In this document: piece by piece, positions 11,150 through 23,079 of the stretch
Layout: every line of letters begins with the position of its first letter
Numbering within the stretch: position 1 is the stretch's first letter
DNA from: Escherichia coli
GTDB taxonomy: Bacteria; Pseudomonadota; Gammaproteobacteria; Enterobacterales; Enterobacteriaceae
Direction: 5' to 3' (one strand)
Length of the DNA stretch: 64,000 bases
NCBI RefSeq assembly: GCF_024298765.1
Contig: NZ_CP101210.1
Notes under the pieces: model-generated
What the model was told of the DNA's origin: nothing
The model's database searches: none
What the model saw: the letters and a program-made list of their open reading frames with translations, nothing else
Made by a program: the position numbers and the translations under genes

Positions 11150-12289
11150 TTAGTACAGAGAGTGGGTGTTACGTTCAATATCTTCTTTGGTGATACGACC
11201 GAACATTTTCCAGTAACACCAGGCGGTGTAGAGCAGAATGATCGGTACCAGAACCACCGCAACCCAGGTCATGACGTTAAGCGTCAGCTGGCTGGAAGTT
11301 GCATCCCACATTGTCAGACTTGCGTTCATCATGGTGCTGGACGGCATCACAAACGGGAACATTGCGATACCGGCAGTCAGGATGATGCAGGCCAGCGTCA
11401 GGGAGGAGAACACAAACGCCCACGCGGCTTTATCCATACGTGCAGTCAGGATGGTCAGCAGCGGCAGAACCACACCCAGTGCCGGAATAGCCCACAGAAT
11501 TGGCGTGTTGTTGAAGTTAACCAGCCATGCGCCAGCTTCACGAACCACTTCTTTATTCAGCGGGTTAGAGGCTGCGTAATGGTCCATTGTCGATTTCACG
11601 ACATAACCATCGATACCGTACATCACCCATACGCCAGCCAGTGCGAAGCAGACCAGCGTCACCAGTGCCGCCACCTGAGCCGTTGCACGGGTACGCAGGT
11701 GCAGTTCGCCCACGGTACGCATTTGCAGATAGGTTGCGCCCTGAGTAATGATCATCCCTACGCTCACCACACCTGCCAGCAGGCCGAACGGGTTAAGCAG
11801 CTGGAAGAAGTTACCGGTGTAGTACAGACGCAGATATTCATCAACGTTGAATGGTACGCCCTGCAACAGGTTACCGAACGCTACACCAATCACCAGCGGC
11901 GGAACGAAGCTACCAATGAAGATGCCCCAGTCCCACATGTTACGCCAGCGGGTTTCTTCAATCTTGGAGCGGTAATCAAAACCGACCGGACGGAAGAACA
12001 AAGACGCCAGCACGAGGATCATCGCCACATAGAAGCCGGAGAACGCAGCGGCATAGACCATCGGCCAGGCAGCAAACAGTGCGCCGCCTGCGGTGATCAG
12101 CCAAACCTGGTTACCGTCCCAGTGTGGTGCGATGGAGTTAATCATAATTCGACGCTCGGTGTCGTTACGACCGAGGAAACGGGTGAGCATGCCCACCCCC
12201 ATGTCGAAACCGTCAGTGACTGCAAAACCAATCAGCAGAACGCCAACCAGCAGCCACCAGATAAAACGCAATACTTCATAATCGATCAT
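11150..12289 (-). CDS. cydB: Cytochrome bd-I ubiquinol oxidase subunit II
   Basis: 379-aa polytopic membrane ORF downstream of cydA. Confidence 0.95.
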   Translation of the reverse strand: MIDYEVLRFIWWLLVGVLLIGFAVTDGFDMGVGMLTRFLGRNDTERRIMINSIAPHWDGNQVWLITAGGALFAAWPMVYAAAFSGFYVAMILVLASLFFRPVGFDYRSKIEETRWRNMWDWGIFIGSFVPPLVIGVAFGNLLQGVPFNVDEYLRLYYTGNFFQLLNPFGLLAGVVSVGMIITQGATYLQMRTVGELHLRTRATAQVAALVTLVCFALAGVWVMYGIDGYVVKSTMDHYAASNPLNKEVVREAGAWLVNFNNTPILWAIPALGVVLPLLTILTARMDKAAWAFVFSSLTLACIILTAGIAMFPFVMPSSTMMNASLTMWDATSSQLTLNVMTWVAVVLVPIILLYTAWCYWKMFGRITKEDIERNTHSLY

Positions 12290-12304
12290 TTGACGACTCC
12301 TGTC

Positions 12305-13873
12305 TTAGCGTGCCGGCTGAGTAGTCGTGGAAGACTGCTCAAAGTGATAGCGACCGGTTTTCAGGCTGCTTGGGCCGAGGCGTGCAAACTTGAACATTAA
12401 GAACAATTCTGCCACCAGGAACAGGGTATACAGGCCGCAAATCAGCACCATTGAGAAGATGAGATCGCCTGCGGTCAGTGACGAATTCGCCACAGCTGTC
12501 GGCAGCACTTCACCGATAGCCCACGGTTGGCGGCCATATTCAGCCACGAACCAGCCCGCTTCTACAGCAATCCACGGCAGCGGAATACCGTACAGCGCGG
12601 CGCGCAGCAGCCATTTTTTCTCGCCAATGCGGTTGCGGATGACACTCCAGAAAGAGAGCGCAATGATTGCCAGCAGCAGGAAGCCACACGCCACCATGAT
12701 ACGGAACGCGAAGTACAGCGGCGCTACACGCGGAATGGAGTCTTTGGTTGCCTGTTGAATCTGAGCTTCAGTCGCATCAGCCACGTTTGGCGTATAGCGT
12801 TTCAGCAGCAGACCGTAACCGAGATCTTTCTTCATGCTATTGAACTGGTCACGAACGGCCTGGTCAGTAGAACCAGAACGCAGTTGTTCGAGCAGAGAGT
12901 ACGCCTTCATCCCGTTACGAATGCGTTCTTCATGCTGCACCATCAGTTCTTTCAGGCCGATAACTGGAGTATCCACGGAACGCGTTGCAATGATGCCCAG
13001 CGCGTAAGGGATCTGGATCGCAAATTTGTTCGTCTCCTCTTCCTGATCAGGAATGCCGAACAGAGTAAAGGCAGCAGGTGCAGGTTGCGTTTCCCACTCG
13101 GCTTCGATAGCAGCCAGTTTGGTTTTCTGCACGTCGCCCATTTCGTAACCGGATTCATCACCCAGAACAATAACAGACAGAACGGCAGCCATACCGAAGC
13201 TGGCAGCGATAGCAAAGGAGCGTTTAGCGAAGGCGAAGTCACGACCTTTCAGCATATACCATGCGCTGATACCGAGGATGAACATTGCGCCAGTCACATA
13301 ACCAGAAGCTACGGTGTGAACGAATTTCACCTGAGCAACCGGGTTAAGCACCAGCTCGGAGAAGCTCACCATCTCCATACGCATAGTTTCAAAGTTGAAA
13401 TCGGACGCGATTGGGTTTTGCATCCAGCCGTTTGCAACCAGAATCCACAGTGCGGACAGGTTTGAACCGAGCGCCACCAGCCAGGTGACACACATATGCT
13501 GAACTTTACCCAGACGATCCCAACCGAAGAAGAACAGACCTACAAAGGTGGATTCGAGGAAGAAGGCCATCAGACCTTCGATTGCCAGCGGCGCACCGAA
13601 GATATCCCCTACATAGTGGGAATAGTAAGACCAGTTAGTCCCGAACTGGAACTCCATGGTCAGACCGGTAGCCACACCCAGAGCAAAGTTGATACCAAAC
13701 AACTTGCCCCAGAACTTGGTCATATCTTTATAAATCTGTTTGCCGGAAAGAACGTAGACCGTTTCCATAATGGCCAGCAGGAACGCCATACCGAGCGTCA
13801 GTGGCACAAAAAGGAAGTGGTACATCGCGGTCAAGGCAAACTGTAAGCGCGACAGTTCGACTATATCTAACAT
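12305..13873 (-). CDS. cydA: Cytochrome bd-I ubiquinol oxidase subunit I
   Basis: 522 aa from the second Met ([28 protein letters not shown]), with the Q-loop region. Confidence 0.95.
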
Positions 13874-14450
13874 CATGACTCCTTGCTCATCGCATGAAGA
13901 CTCCGAGAGTGAACCCCGTTAGAAAGGGTCACACGCATGCCCCAATACAAAATTATTTGCTCGCCTCTATCGTTGCCATTTCATCAAAAGAGGAAAAGAC
14001 AATGATAAAAAAGTTACAAATGTGTTAATGAATAAACCAAATTGATCCCGTAATTATATTACGCCGCAAAATCCTTACAATAAACAGGTTTTTATTGAGC
14101 AAATTTGCATTTTTCGACAGTGATCAATTTATAGCGAAATTGTCACGATCTCACCAATTTGATCTACAACAATTTATCGTGTTTTGCAGATTTTTTTCAA
14201 GAATTAAAAATTGATTTATATCAAAATCAACCATATATGTTAATTATGTGTGAATCATGAGCCACTGGTAACTTTATTGTTAATTTATTGTAACAAAATA
14301 GCACAGTAAAATTACCCACATGGAAATATATAGATAAAAAACCAGTATTTTATTTAACAGAGCCGCTTTATCGACTTTTTATAATACTAATTAGTTAGAG
14401 TAGCTACTTTATTGCCATTTTACATAACATATTTTTATCAACGTTAATTG
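13874..14450 (-). promoter_or_regulatory. cydA upstream regulatory region (complex promoter, expected FNR/ArcA/H-NS control)
   Basis: Long AT-rich non-coding leader upstream of cydA; individual sites not resolved by eye. Confidence 0.45.
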
Positions 14451-15201
14451 ATTGTTGTCTTTATGAGCAACGTACTGTAAATCCGTCACTTATTGTTTCA
14501 TTGGTAATAATCACAAGAAGAAATAGATACCTTAGGTATAGTCAGATGGAACAAGGATTTTCAAAATAAAATATATATGGTATTAATATTTCCCGATCTG
14601 TATTCAATGATTAGCTCAAAGATTGAAAATCAAGAGAAATTGTTATAGCAGTGATACGAAACAACAAAACGGAATGATTGCCAGCCGTTAGAAAACACCG
14701 GACACTCTCGTGTAAAAAGCTACCCTGTCTATGGATATAGCGATATCAACTCATCAAGCGTGGACTGAATGATATTCAGCTCCATATGGGCGGCAACCTG
14801 GAGGATAAACATGATTTCGCCGTTGGAATCAAGGTTGTTCTGCAATATCTACCAGACTGCTTCAATTTATCTGTTTTGGCAGTGCCATAATCTTAATTTA
14901 ACTATTTGAAGATGATGATATTGTAAGATGCCAGAAATTTAGTAATCTGGAGAACCATGTTTACGATCACTAAATATTAAAGTAATAGTCGATAATTCAG
15001 TAACACATCGGGTAATATAATGTATTGATACATAATCATATTAAAAATTCGTGATTAAATAACATAAGAATATGTTTTATTATCATTAAAAAACCTTCTA
15101 TTTCCATCATCCTTAAGATAATAGAACAGTGAATGATGGATAACTTCACCAGAAAAACAAGCAAGAATATAAAATTTAAAAATATGATTCCACTTTCATT
15201 G

Positions 15202-16317
15202 TTATAAAATGGCATCGTGAAGAGCGAGTTGATAATACTGCAATGCATCAGCGTCCTGTCCAGCAGTTTCATAAATTTTGGCAATGTTATAATAGGAGTT
15301 AGCGCGCATTGTCGCCGCATTTGCTCCACTGGCTAACGAGATCGCTTTACGATTTGCCCAAATTGCTTCCGCGATGTTGCCATTTTTCTGATACGCCAGC
15401 CCCAGGTTACTAAATGCCTGTCCGTAATTGCCGTCTAATTCTGTTGCCTGTTGGAAGAGTTGAATGGCTTGCTCAAGTTGACCGGTTTTATAAACAGCTT
15501 CACCTTCGCGATTATATTTTCTTGCCAGTTGAGTATCTCCACTGTTTTGCATCGCAGGTGAAGCCGGAGTTGAAGAACCCGTCGCAGGCATTATCACAGT
15601 GGCTAAATCCCTGACGCCTAATGTGGTGTCGTTAAAATTGGCGCTGGTAACAGAGTTGATATCTTCAAACTCGCCGTTTGGATTGAGTTTAAACACGGTC
15701 CAGATGTTCCCTCGTTTTCCAGCAGGGACACTATAACTACGCACCAGGGAGCTCCCTACATAAACAAACACTTTTGCCTTACTGGCAGAGAGATAATTAC
15801 TGTTGGGCAACCCTTTGTTGCTATAGTCCTGCACGGCATAGATGTAACTTTCGCCAAAATGCTTTTTGCTGATAGTGACAGTTTCTGATCCATAGCTATC
15901 CGTATCATCAACATCCAGATTAGCATCAGTCCCCTCTTTACTATCAAAATAGATATGTCCGCCAGGGAAGATCAAATGTGAATCAAGATCAAAAGGCTTT
16001 TCGCCCCAGCTCAAAACTACACGCATGCCATCCAGACTAGTCATTGCCGGACTAATCGCATAAGTCATGCCAGCACACGAACATTTGACCACCAGATTAG
16101 AATAGCCCTCTTTTTTGACGATCAATAAAGCATCTTGATCATCAGCAAATGTAGAACCCAGATTAACGCTGCCCGATGCATTTGTGGTTCCAGAAACAGA
16201 TTGTGCGCCATTGCGTTGCAGCGTCACCGATACTCCCTCAATGCGTTTATCTTTCACTGTCGCACTTAAAATATCGATATTTACATCGGCCGCATAAACG
16301 TCCGAATTTACACCCAT
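15202..16317 (-). CDS. Hypothetical protein with C-terminal TPR repeats, probably secreted; occupies the position where K-12 has mngR-mngA-mngB
   Basis: 371-aa ORF; C-terminal TPR-like helices; in-frame upstream codons encode a Sec-signal-like segment (KKKIVLPVALALMGVNSDVYA/AD) with no ATG/GTG/TTG start, so the true start is uncertain. Confidence 0.6.
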   Translation of the reverse strand: MGVNSDVYAADVNIDILSATVKDKRIEGVSVTLQRNGAQSVSGTTNASGSVNLGSTFADDQDALLIVKKEGYSNLVVKCSCAGMTYAISPAMTSLDGMRVVLSWGEKPFDLDSHLIFPGGHIYFDSKEGTDANLDVDDTDSYGSETVTISKKHFGESYIYAVQDYSNKGLPNSNYLSASKAKVFVYVGSSLVRSYSVPAGKRGNIWTVFKLNPNGEFEDINSVTSANFNDTTLGVRDLATVIMPATGSSTPASPAMQNSGDTQLARKYNREGEAVYKTGQLEQAIQLFQQATELDGNYGQAFSNLGLAYQKNGNIAEAIWANRKAISLASGANAATMRANSYYNIAKIYETAGQDADALQYYQLALHDAIL

Positions 16318-16454
16318 CAGGGCCAGAGCAACCGGCAGAACAATTTTCTTCTTGTATAAATGCTTTTACAGAACGGAGAGGGGATATTTTGCCGGGCATT
16401 ATTGCGCAGAAGATGGGAGAAAAGCAGTGGGCAAACTTTTCAGATTAGTGCCCG

Positions 16455-16481
16455 AATAAAAAAGGCCATCATAAGATGGCC
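16455..16481 (-). terminator. Rho-independent terminator downstream of sucD
   Basis: Hairpin ggccatc-ataa-gatggcc followed on the transcribed strand by a U-run. Confidence 0.6.
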
Positions 16482-16556
16482 AACCATGTCGAAACCGACA
16501 GCCCTTCGCCCCTCCTGTAGAGGGAAGCGGCGAGGGCTATTTCTTATTACAGATAT

Positions 16557-17426
16557 TTATTTCAGAACAGTTTTCAGTGCTTCACCGATATCCGCCAGGC
16601 TGCGAACGGTTTTCACGCCTGCGGCTTCCAGAGCAGCGAATTTCTCATCCGCAGTCCCTTTACCACCGGCAATGATCGCACCTGCGTGACCCATACGTTT
16701 GCCTTTCGGCGCAGTCACACCAGCGATGTAACCCACAACTGGCTTGGTAACGTGCTCCTTGATGTACGCCGCTGCTTCTTCTTCAGCGCTACCGCCGATC
16801 TCACCGATCATCACGATCGCTTCGGTCTGCGGATCTTTTTCGAACATTTCGAGGATGTCGATAAAGTTAGAGCCAGGGATCGGGTCGCCGCCGATACCAA
16901 CGCAGGTCGACTGACCGAAACCGTAATCCGTGGTCTGTTTAACCGCTTCATAGGTCAGCGTACCGGAACGGGAAACGATACCCACTTTACCCGGTTTGTG
17001 AATGTGACCCGGCTGGATACCGATTTTGCATTCCCCCGGGGTGATAACGCCTGGGCAGTTCGGGCCGATCATACGAACGCCTGCTTCATCCAGTTTCACT
17101 TTCACCGTCAGCATATCCAGCGTCGGGATGCCTTCAGTGATGGTGATAATCAGTTTGATGCCTGCATCGATAGCTTCCAGAATGGAGTCTTTGCAGAACG
17201 GTGCTGGTACGTAGATAACAGAGGCGGTAGCGCCAGTAGCAGCAACAGCTTCACGCACGGTGTTGAACACTGGCAGGCCGAGGTGGGTAGTACCGCCTTT
17301 ACCTGGGGTTACGCCGCCAACCATTTTAGTGCCGTATGCAATGGCCTGTTCTGAGTGGAAAGTCCCCTGGCTACCGGTAAAGCCCTGGCAGATAACCTTG
17401 GTGTTTTTATCAATTAAAATGGACAT
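16557..17426 (-). CDS. sucD: Succinyl-CoA synthetase alpha subunit
   Basis: 289-aa ORF with CoA-binding and His-phosphorylation loop motifs. Confidence 0.96.
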
Positions 17427-18592
17427 TATTTCCCCTCCACTGCGGCAACAACCTGCTGAGCTGCATCCGTCAGACCTTTTGCTGCAATAATATTCAGGCC
17501 GCTGTCAGCCAGTTTCTTCGCGCCGAGTTCGGCGTTGTTACCTTCCAGACGTACCACGACCGGTACGTTAACACCCACTTCCGCTACCGCGCCGATGATA
17601 CCGTCAGCGATCAGGTCGCAACGAACGATACCGCCGAAGATGTTAACCAGAACGGCTTTCACTTTGTCGTCAGAGAGGATGATTTTGAACGCTTCGGTTA
17701 CACGTTCTTTGGTTGCGCCGCCGCCAACGTCCAGGAAGTTAGCTGGTTCGCCGCCGTGCAGTTTAACGATGTCCATGGTGCCCATCGCCAGGCCTGCGCC
17801 GTTAACCATACAACCGATGTTACCGTCCAGCGCAACGTAGTTCAGTTCCCACTGTGCAGCCTGTGCTTCACGCGGATCTTCCTGCGACTGGTCACGCATT
17901 TCGCGCAGATCAGGCTGGCGGAACAGTGCGTTGCCATCAGCGCCCAGTTTGCCGTCGAGGCAAATCAGATCGCCCTGTTTGGTAATGACCAGCGGGTTGA
18001 TTTCGATCAGCGCCAGGTCGCGCTCCAGGAAAATGGTCGCCAGGCCCATGAAGATTTTGGTGAACTGCTGAACCAGTTTACCTTCCAGACCCAGTTTGAA
18101 CGCCAGCTCGCGTCCCTGATACGGCATCGGGCCAGTCAGCGGATCAAGCGCAACTTTGTGGATCAGGTGCGGAGTTTCTTCCGCCACTTTTTCAATTTCC
18201 ACGCCGCCTTCGGTGGAGGCCATAAAGACCACACGACGGGAACTACGGTCAACAACGGCACCGAGATACAGCTCTTTAGCGATATCGGTCGCTGCTTCAA
18301 CCAGAATCTGGTTAACCGGTTGGCCATTGGCATCTGTTTGATACGTTACCAGACGCTTGCCCAGCCAGTTTTCTGCAAAAGCACGGATGTCTTCTTTGCT
18401 GTTTACCACTTTCACACCGCCCGCTTTACCGCGGCCACCAGCGTGAACCTGACATTTCACTACCCACGGACCGGCACCGATTTTTGAAGCGGCTTCTTCT
18501 GCTTCGCGCGGAGTAGTACAGGCATAACCCACCGGTGCTGGTAAGCCATAGCGGGCAAAAAGTTGTTTTGCCTGATATTCATGTAAGTTCAT
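17426..18592 (-). CDS. sucC: Succinyl-CoA synthetase beta subunit
   Basis: 388-aa ATP-grasp ORF; stop overlaps the sucD start. Confidence 0.96.
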
Positions 18593-18685
18593 GTGTTCTG
18601 TCCATCCTTCAGTAATCGTTATCTTTTAAACCGTAGACCGACACCCTATTCACGTCGGTCTACAGTGCAGGTGAAGCTTAAACTA

Positions 18686-19903
18686 CTACACGTCCAGCAG
18701 CAGACGAGTCGGATCTTCCAGCAACTCTTTGATCGTTACCAGGAAGCCCACGGATTCGCGACCATCGATCAGACGGTGATCGTAGGACAGCGCCAGGTAC
18801 ATCATCGGCAGGATCTCAACCTGACCATTCACCGCCATCGGACGATCTTTGATAGCGTGCATACCCAGAATTGCGCTCTGCGGCGGGTTGATGATAGGCG
18901 TTGACATCAGGGAACCGAACACACCACCGTTGGTGATGGTGAAGTTACCACCGGTCAGATCTTCAACCGTCAGCTTGCCGTCACGGCCTTTAACTGCCAG
19001 CTCTTTGATTTTCTTCTCGATGTCTGCCATGCCGAGGGTATCGACATCACGCAGAACCGGCGTCACCAGGCCGCGCGGCGTAGAAACCGCCATACTGACG
19101 TCGAAATAGTTGTGGTAAACCACATCATCGCCGTCGATAGACGCATTCACTTCCGGGTAACGTTTCAGGGCTTCAACCACCGCTTTCACGTAGAAGGACA
19201 TAAAGCCCAGACGAATGCCGTGGCGTTTTTCAAACGCTTCACCGTACTGCTTACGCAGATCCATAATCGGCTTCATGTTGACTTCGTTGAACGTGGTCAG
19301 CATGGCGGTGGAGTTTTTCGCTTCCAGCAGACGCTCTGCCACACGCTTACGCAGGCGGGTCATCGGGACACGTTTTTCGCTACGTGCAGCCAGGGCCGGT
19401 TGCGCCGCCGGAGCAGCCGCTGCCGGAGCAGACTCTTTCGCCGGGGCTTTCGCCAGATGTTTTTCCACATCTTCACGGGTCAGACGACCACCCACACCGG
19501 TGCCTTTAATGGCGCTGGCGTCGAGGTTATGTTCAGCCAGCAGGCGACGGATCGCCGGGCTTAACGCATCGTTGTTTTGCTCTTCCAGAGACGCCTGCTG
19601 GCGTTGCGCCGGAGTGGACGCTTTCTCTTCAGATTTCGCGCTGGTTTCTTTACCCGCGCTGTTGCCTTCACGCAGGCGACCAAGGATCTGACGAGACGTT
19701 ACCGTTGTACCTTCATCTTCCAGAACCGCATCCAGAATGCCGTCTGCTGATGCCGGTACTTCCAGTACCACTTTGTCAGTTTCGATTTCTACCAGCACTT
19801 CATCACGTACGACTGCGTCGCCGGGTTTTTTATGCCAGGTTGCGACGGTGGCATCGGCTACGGATTCAGGCAGGTCAGGGACCAGAATATCTACGCTACT
19901 CAT
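18686..19903 (-). CDS. sucB: 2-oxoglutarate dehydrogenase E2 (dihydrolipoyl succinyltransferase)
   Basis: 405-aa ORF with lipoyl domain, Ala/Pro linker and catalytic DHRxxDG motif. Confidence 0.96.
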
Positions 19904-19917
19904 TGTGTATCCTTTAT

Positions 19918-22719
19918 TTATTCGACGTTCAGCGCGTCATTAACCAGATCTTGTTGCTGTTTCTGGTGAACGGACATATACCCTACCGCCGGAGAGGCGG
20001 AGGCCGGGCGGCCTGCATAACGCAGAGAAGCCCCAAACGGAATCACTTCACGGAAATGATGCTGGCTGCAGTACCATGCGCCCTGGTTGAGCGGCTCTTC
20101 CTGGCACCAGACAAAATCCTTGACGTGAGCAAACTGCTGCAACACTTCCTGCATCGCTTTATGCGGGAACGGGTAGAGTTGCTCGATACGCACAATGGCG
20201 ACATCGTGTTGATTGTTCTTACGACGTTGTTCCAGCAGGTCGTAATAAACCTTACCAGAACACATCACTACACGCTTAACGCCCTTCGGATCAAGCTCGT
20301 CGATTTCACCGATGGCTGGCAGGAAGGTGCCGTTCGCCAGTTCTTCGAGGCTGGAAACCGCCAGCGGATGACGCAGCAGGGATTTCGGCGACATCACGAC
20401 CAGCGGACGACGCATCCCGCGCAGCGCCTGACGACGCAGCATGTGGTAAACCTGTGCCGGGGTAGAAGGTACGCAAACCTGCATGTTTTGCTCAGCACAA
20501 AGTTGCAGATAACGTTCCAGACGCGCGGAGGAGTGCTCCGGCCCCTGCCCTTCGTAACCGTGCGGCAGCAACATCACCAGACCACACATCCGGCCCCATT
20601 TCTGTTCGCCAGAGGAGATGAACTGGTCGATAACCACCTGCGCACCGTTGGCGAAGTCACCGAACTGCGCTTCCCAGATGGTCAGAGTGCGTGGTTCTGC
20701 GGTGGCATAACCGTATTCAAACGCCAGCACGGCTTCTTCTGACAGTACGGAGTCCCAGACACGGAACGCGCCCTGACCGTTATGGATGTGTTGCAGCGGC
20801 GTGTAAGTGGAACCGTTAGACTGGTTGTGGATCACCGCGTGGCGGTGGAAGAAGGTACCGCGACCGGAGTCTTCACCCGACAGGCGAACCGGAATGCCTT
20901 CATCAACCAGCGTGGCGTAAGCGAGGTTTTCCGCACCGCCCCAGTCGAACAGTTTCTCACCGGCTGCCATTGCCTGGCGATCGCCATAAATCTTGGCAAC
21001 GCGAGACTGCATTTCAACTGCTTCCGGCACCGTACTGATGCGTTTAGCCAGTTCCTGCAGGCGCTTCATCTCAACTTTGTTCGGGTACTCTTCGTCCCAT
21101 TCGTGGTTGAGGTATGGCGACCAGGTGAAAGAGTGCATGTTCATCGGACGCCACTCTGCTACCACGCAATCGCCAGCATCCAGCGCATCGCGGTACAGGT
21201 TAACCATCTCGGTGGCATCTTCCAGCGTCGCCACTTTTTCCTGCTCCAGCTTGTCAGCGTAGATTTTGCGCGGCGTCGGATGTTTTTTGATTTTCTGATA
21301 CATCAGCGGCTGGGTTGCGCTCGGCTCGTCGGCTTCGTTGTGGCCATGACGGCGGTAGCACACCAGGTCGATGAAGACATCACGTTTAAAGGTGTTACGG
21401 AAATCGAGCGCCAGACGGGTCACAAAGGCAACGGCTTCCGGATCATCCGCGTTTACGTGGAAAATCGGTGCCTGAACCATCTTACCGATATCAGTACAGT
21501 ACGGCGTCGAACGGGCATCCAGCGGGTTAGAGGTGGTGAAGCCAACCTGGTTGTTGATAACGATACGTACCGTACCGCCAACTTCATAGCCACGCGCTTT
21601 CGACATGTTCAGGGTTTCCTGAACCACGCCCTGTCCGGTCACTGCGGCGTCACCGTGGATGGTGATTGGCAGCACTTTGTTGCTGCTCGGCTCATCAAGT
21701 CTGTCCAGACGGGCACGAACAGAACCGATAACTACCGGGCTGACAATCTCAAGGTGAGACGGGTTAAACGCCAGCGCCAGGTGCACCAGGCCGCCATCGG
21801 TCTGGAAGTCAGACGAGAAGCCCATGTGGTATTTCACGTCACCCGTGCCGAGGTGTTCTTTATGTTTACCGGCGAACTCGTCGAACAAGTCTTGCGGTTT
21901 TTTACCCAGCACGTTCACCAGCACGTTCAGACGACCACGGTGCGCCATCCCGAGAACCACTTCGCGGGTGCCGCTGTTGCCAGCGTGGCGGATCATCTCT
22001 TTAAGCATCGGGATTAACGCGTCACCGCCTTCCAGCGAGAAGCGTTTTGCGCCAGGGAATTTTGCGCCGAGGTAACGTTCAAGGCCTTCAGCGGCGGTCA
22101 GTTCGCTTAAGAAGCGTTTTTTCTCTTCGCTATTGAAAGTCGCGCGACCAGACTCGATACGCTGTTGGATCCAGCGTTTTTCTTCGGTGCTGGTGATGTG
22201 CATATACTCGGCACCAATCGGGCCGCAGTAGGTTTGCTTGAGGGCTTCCAGCAGCTCGCCGAGTTTCATGGTTTCTTTGCCGCTGGCAAATGAACCGACG
22301 TTGAAGGTCTCCTGGAAGTCTGCTTCGGTCAGATCGTGGAAAGATGGATCCAGATCGGCCACTTTATCTTGCTGCCACAGTCCCAGCGGATCGAGATTCG
22401 CATGCTGGTGACCACGGAAGCGGTATGCGTTAATGAGCTGCAGGACTTTAACCTGCTTCACATTGGTGTCAGGGTCGGAGATCGTTGAAGAGTAACGTGA
22501 AGCGTCTTTCGCCAGGCGGCGGAAATATTCACGCGTTTGAGAGTGGAATTGATCCGGTTTGACTCCCGTACCAGGTAACTGCTGGAACGTCGAACGCCAG
22601 TTAGCGTCAACCGAGTCAGGATCGGTTAAGAAGTCTTCATAGAGCTGTTCTATCCAGCTCTGGTTTGCGCCAGAGAGGTAAGAAGAGTCCAACCAGGCTT
22701 TCAAAGCGCTGTTCTGCAT
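19918..22719 (-). CDS. sucA: 2-oxoglutarate dehydrogenase E1 component
   Basis: 933-aa ThDP-dependent E1 ORF. Confidence 0.96.
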   Translation of the reverse strand: MQNSALKAWLDSSYLSGANQSWIEQLYEDFLTDPDSVDANWRSTFQQLPGTGVKPDQFHSQTREYFRRLAKDASRYSSTISDPDTNVKQVKVLQLINAYRFRGHQHANLDPLGLWQQDKVADLDPSFHDLTEADFQETFNVGSFASGKETMKLGELLEALKQTYCGPIGAEYMHITSTEEKRWIQQRIESGRATFNSEEKKRFLSELTAAEGLERYLGAKFPGAKRFSLEGGDALIPMLKEMIRHAGNSGTREVVLGMAHRGRLNVLVNVLGKKPQDLFDEFAGKHKEHLGTGDVKYHMGFSSDFQTDGGLVHLALAFNPSHLEIVSPVVIGSVRARLDRLDEPSSNKVLPITIHGDAAVTGQGVVQETLNMSKARGYEVGGTVRIVINNQVGFTTSNPLDARSTPYCTDIGKMVQAPIFHVNADDPEAVAFVTRLALDFRNTFKRDVFIDLVCYRRHGHNEADEPSATQPLMYQKIKKHPTPRKIYADKLEQEKVATLEDATEMVNLYRDALDAGDCVVAEWRPMNMHSFTWSPYLNHEWDEEYPNKVEMKRLQELAKRISTVPEAVEMQSRVAKIYGDRQAMAAGEKLFDWGGAENLAYATLVDEGIPVRLSGEDSGRGTFFHRHAVIHNQSNGSTYTPLQHIHNGQGAFRVWDSVLSEEAVLAFEYGYATAEPRTLTIWEAQFGDFANGAQVVIDQFISSGEQKWGRMCGLVMLLPHGYEGQGPEHSSARLERYLQLCAEQNMQVCVPSTPAQVYHMLRRQALRGMRRPLVVMSPKSLLRHPLAVSSLEELANGTFLPAIGEIDELDPKGVKRVVMCSGKVYYDLLEQRRKNNQHDVAIVRIEQLYPFPHKAMQEVLQQFAHVKDFVWCQEEPLNQGAWYCSQHHFREVIPFGASLRYAGRPASASPAVGYMSVHQKQQQDLVNDALNVE

Positions 22720-22904
22720 CGTGATCCCTTAAGCATCTTTTTTATGCTTACTTCGCCGTGGATACTACCACGCACATTTCATATCTGATGTGCGTGCCGG
22801 GGTTCACTTGTTGCGGACTTGTCGTGTTTTCTGCGTCCGCTAAGGAACCTTTAAAAACTGTCTTAGTGTCAGGGGCAGTTTTTAAAGATTTCCTGCATTT
22901 CTTT

Positions 22905-23078
22905 TGTAGGCCGGATAAGGCATTCACGCCGCATCCGGCGCTGTTTGCCTGATGCGACGCTTGCGCGTCTTATCAGGCCTACGGTTTCTGCATTTCTTTT
23001 GTAGGCCGGATAAGGCGTTCACGCCGCATCCGGCACTGGTTGCCTGATGCGACGCTTGTGCGTCTTATCAGGCCTGGG
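22905..23078. repeat. Two tandem REP (BIME-type) palindromic units between sucA and sdhB
   Basis: Two near-identical units tgtaggccggataaggc...gccgcatccggc...tgcctgatgcgacgctt..cgcgtcttatcaggcc. Confidence 0.85.
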
Positions 23079-23079
23079 T

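Noticed and set aside
11120-13465. + strand ORFs of 426 aa and 312 aa
   Set aside because: Antisense to cydB and cydA; His/Arg-rich nonsense translation.
22905-23078. Possible IS terminal repeats or CRISPR repeats between sucA and sdhB
   Set aside because: The sequence is the canonical REP/BIME palindromic unit (gccggatgcggcgtgaacgccttatccggcctaca type), a known intergenic repeat.
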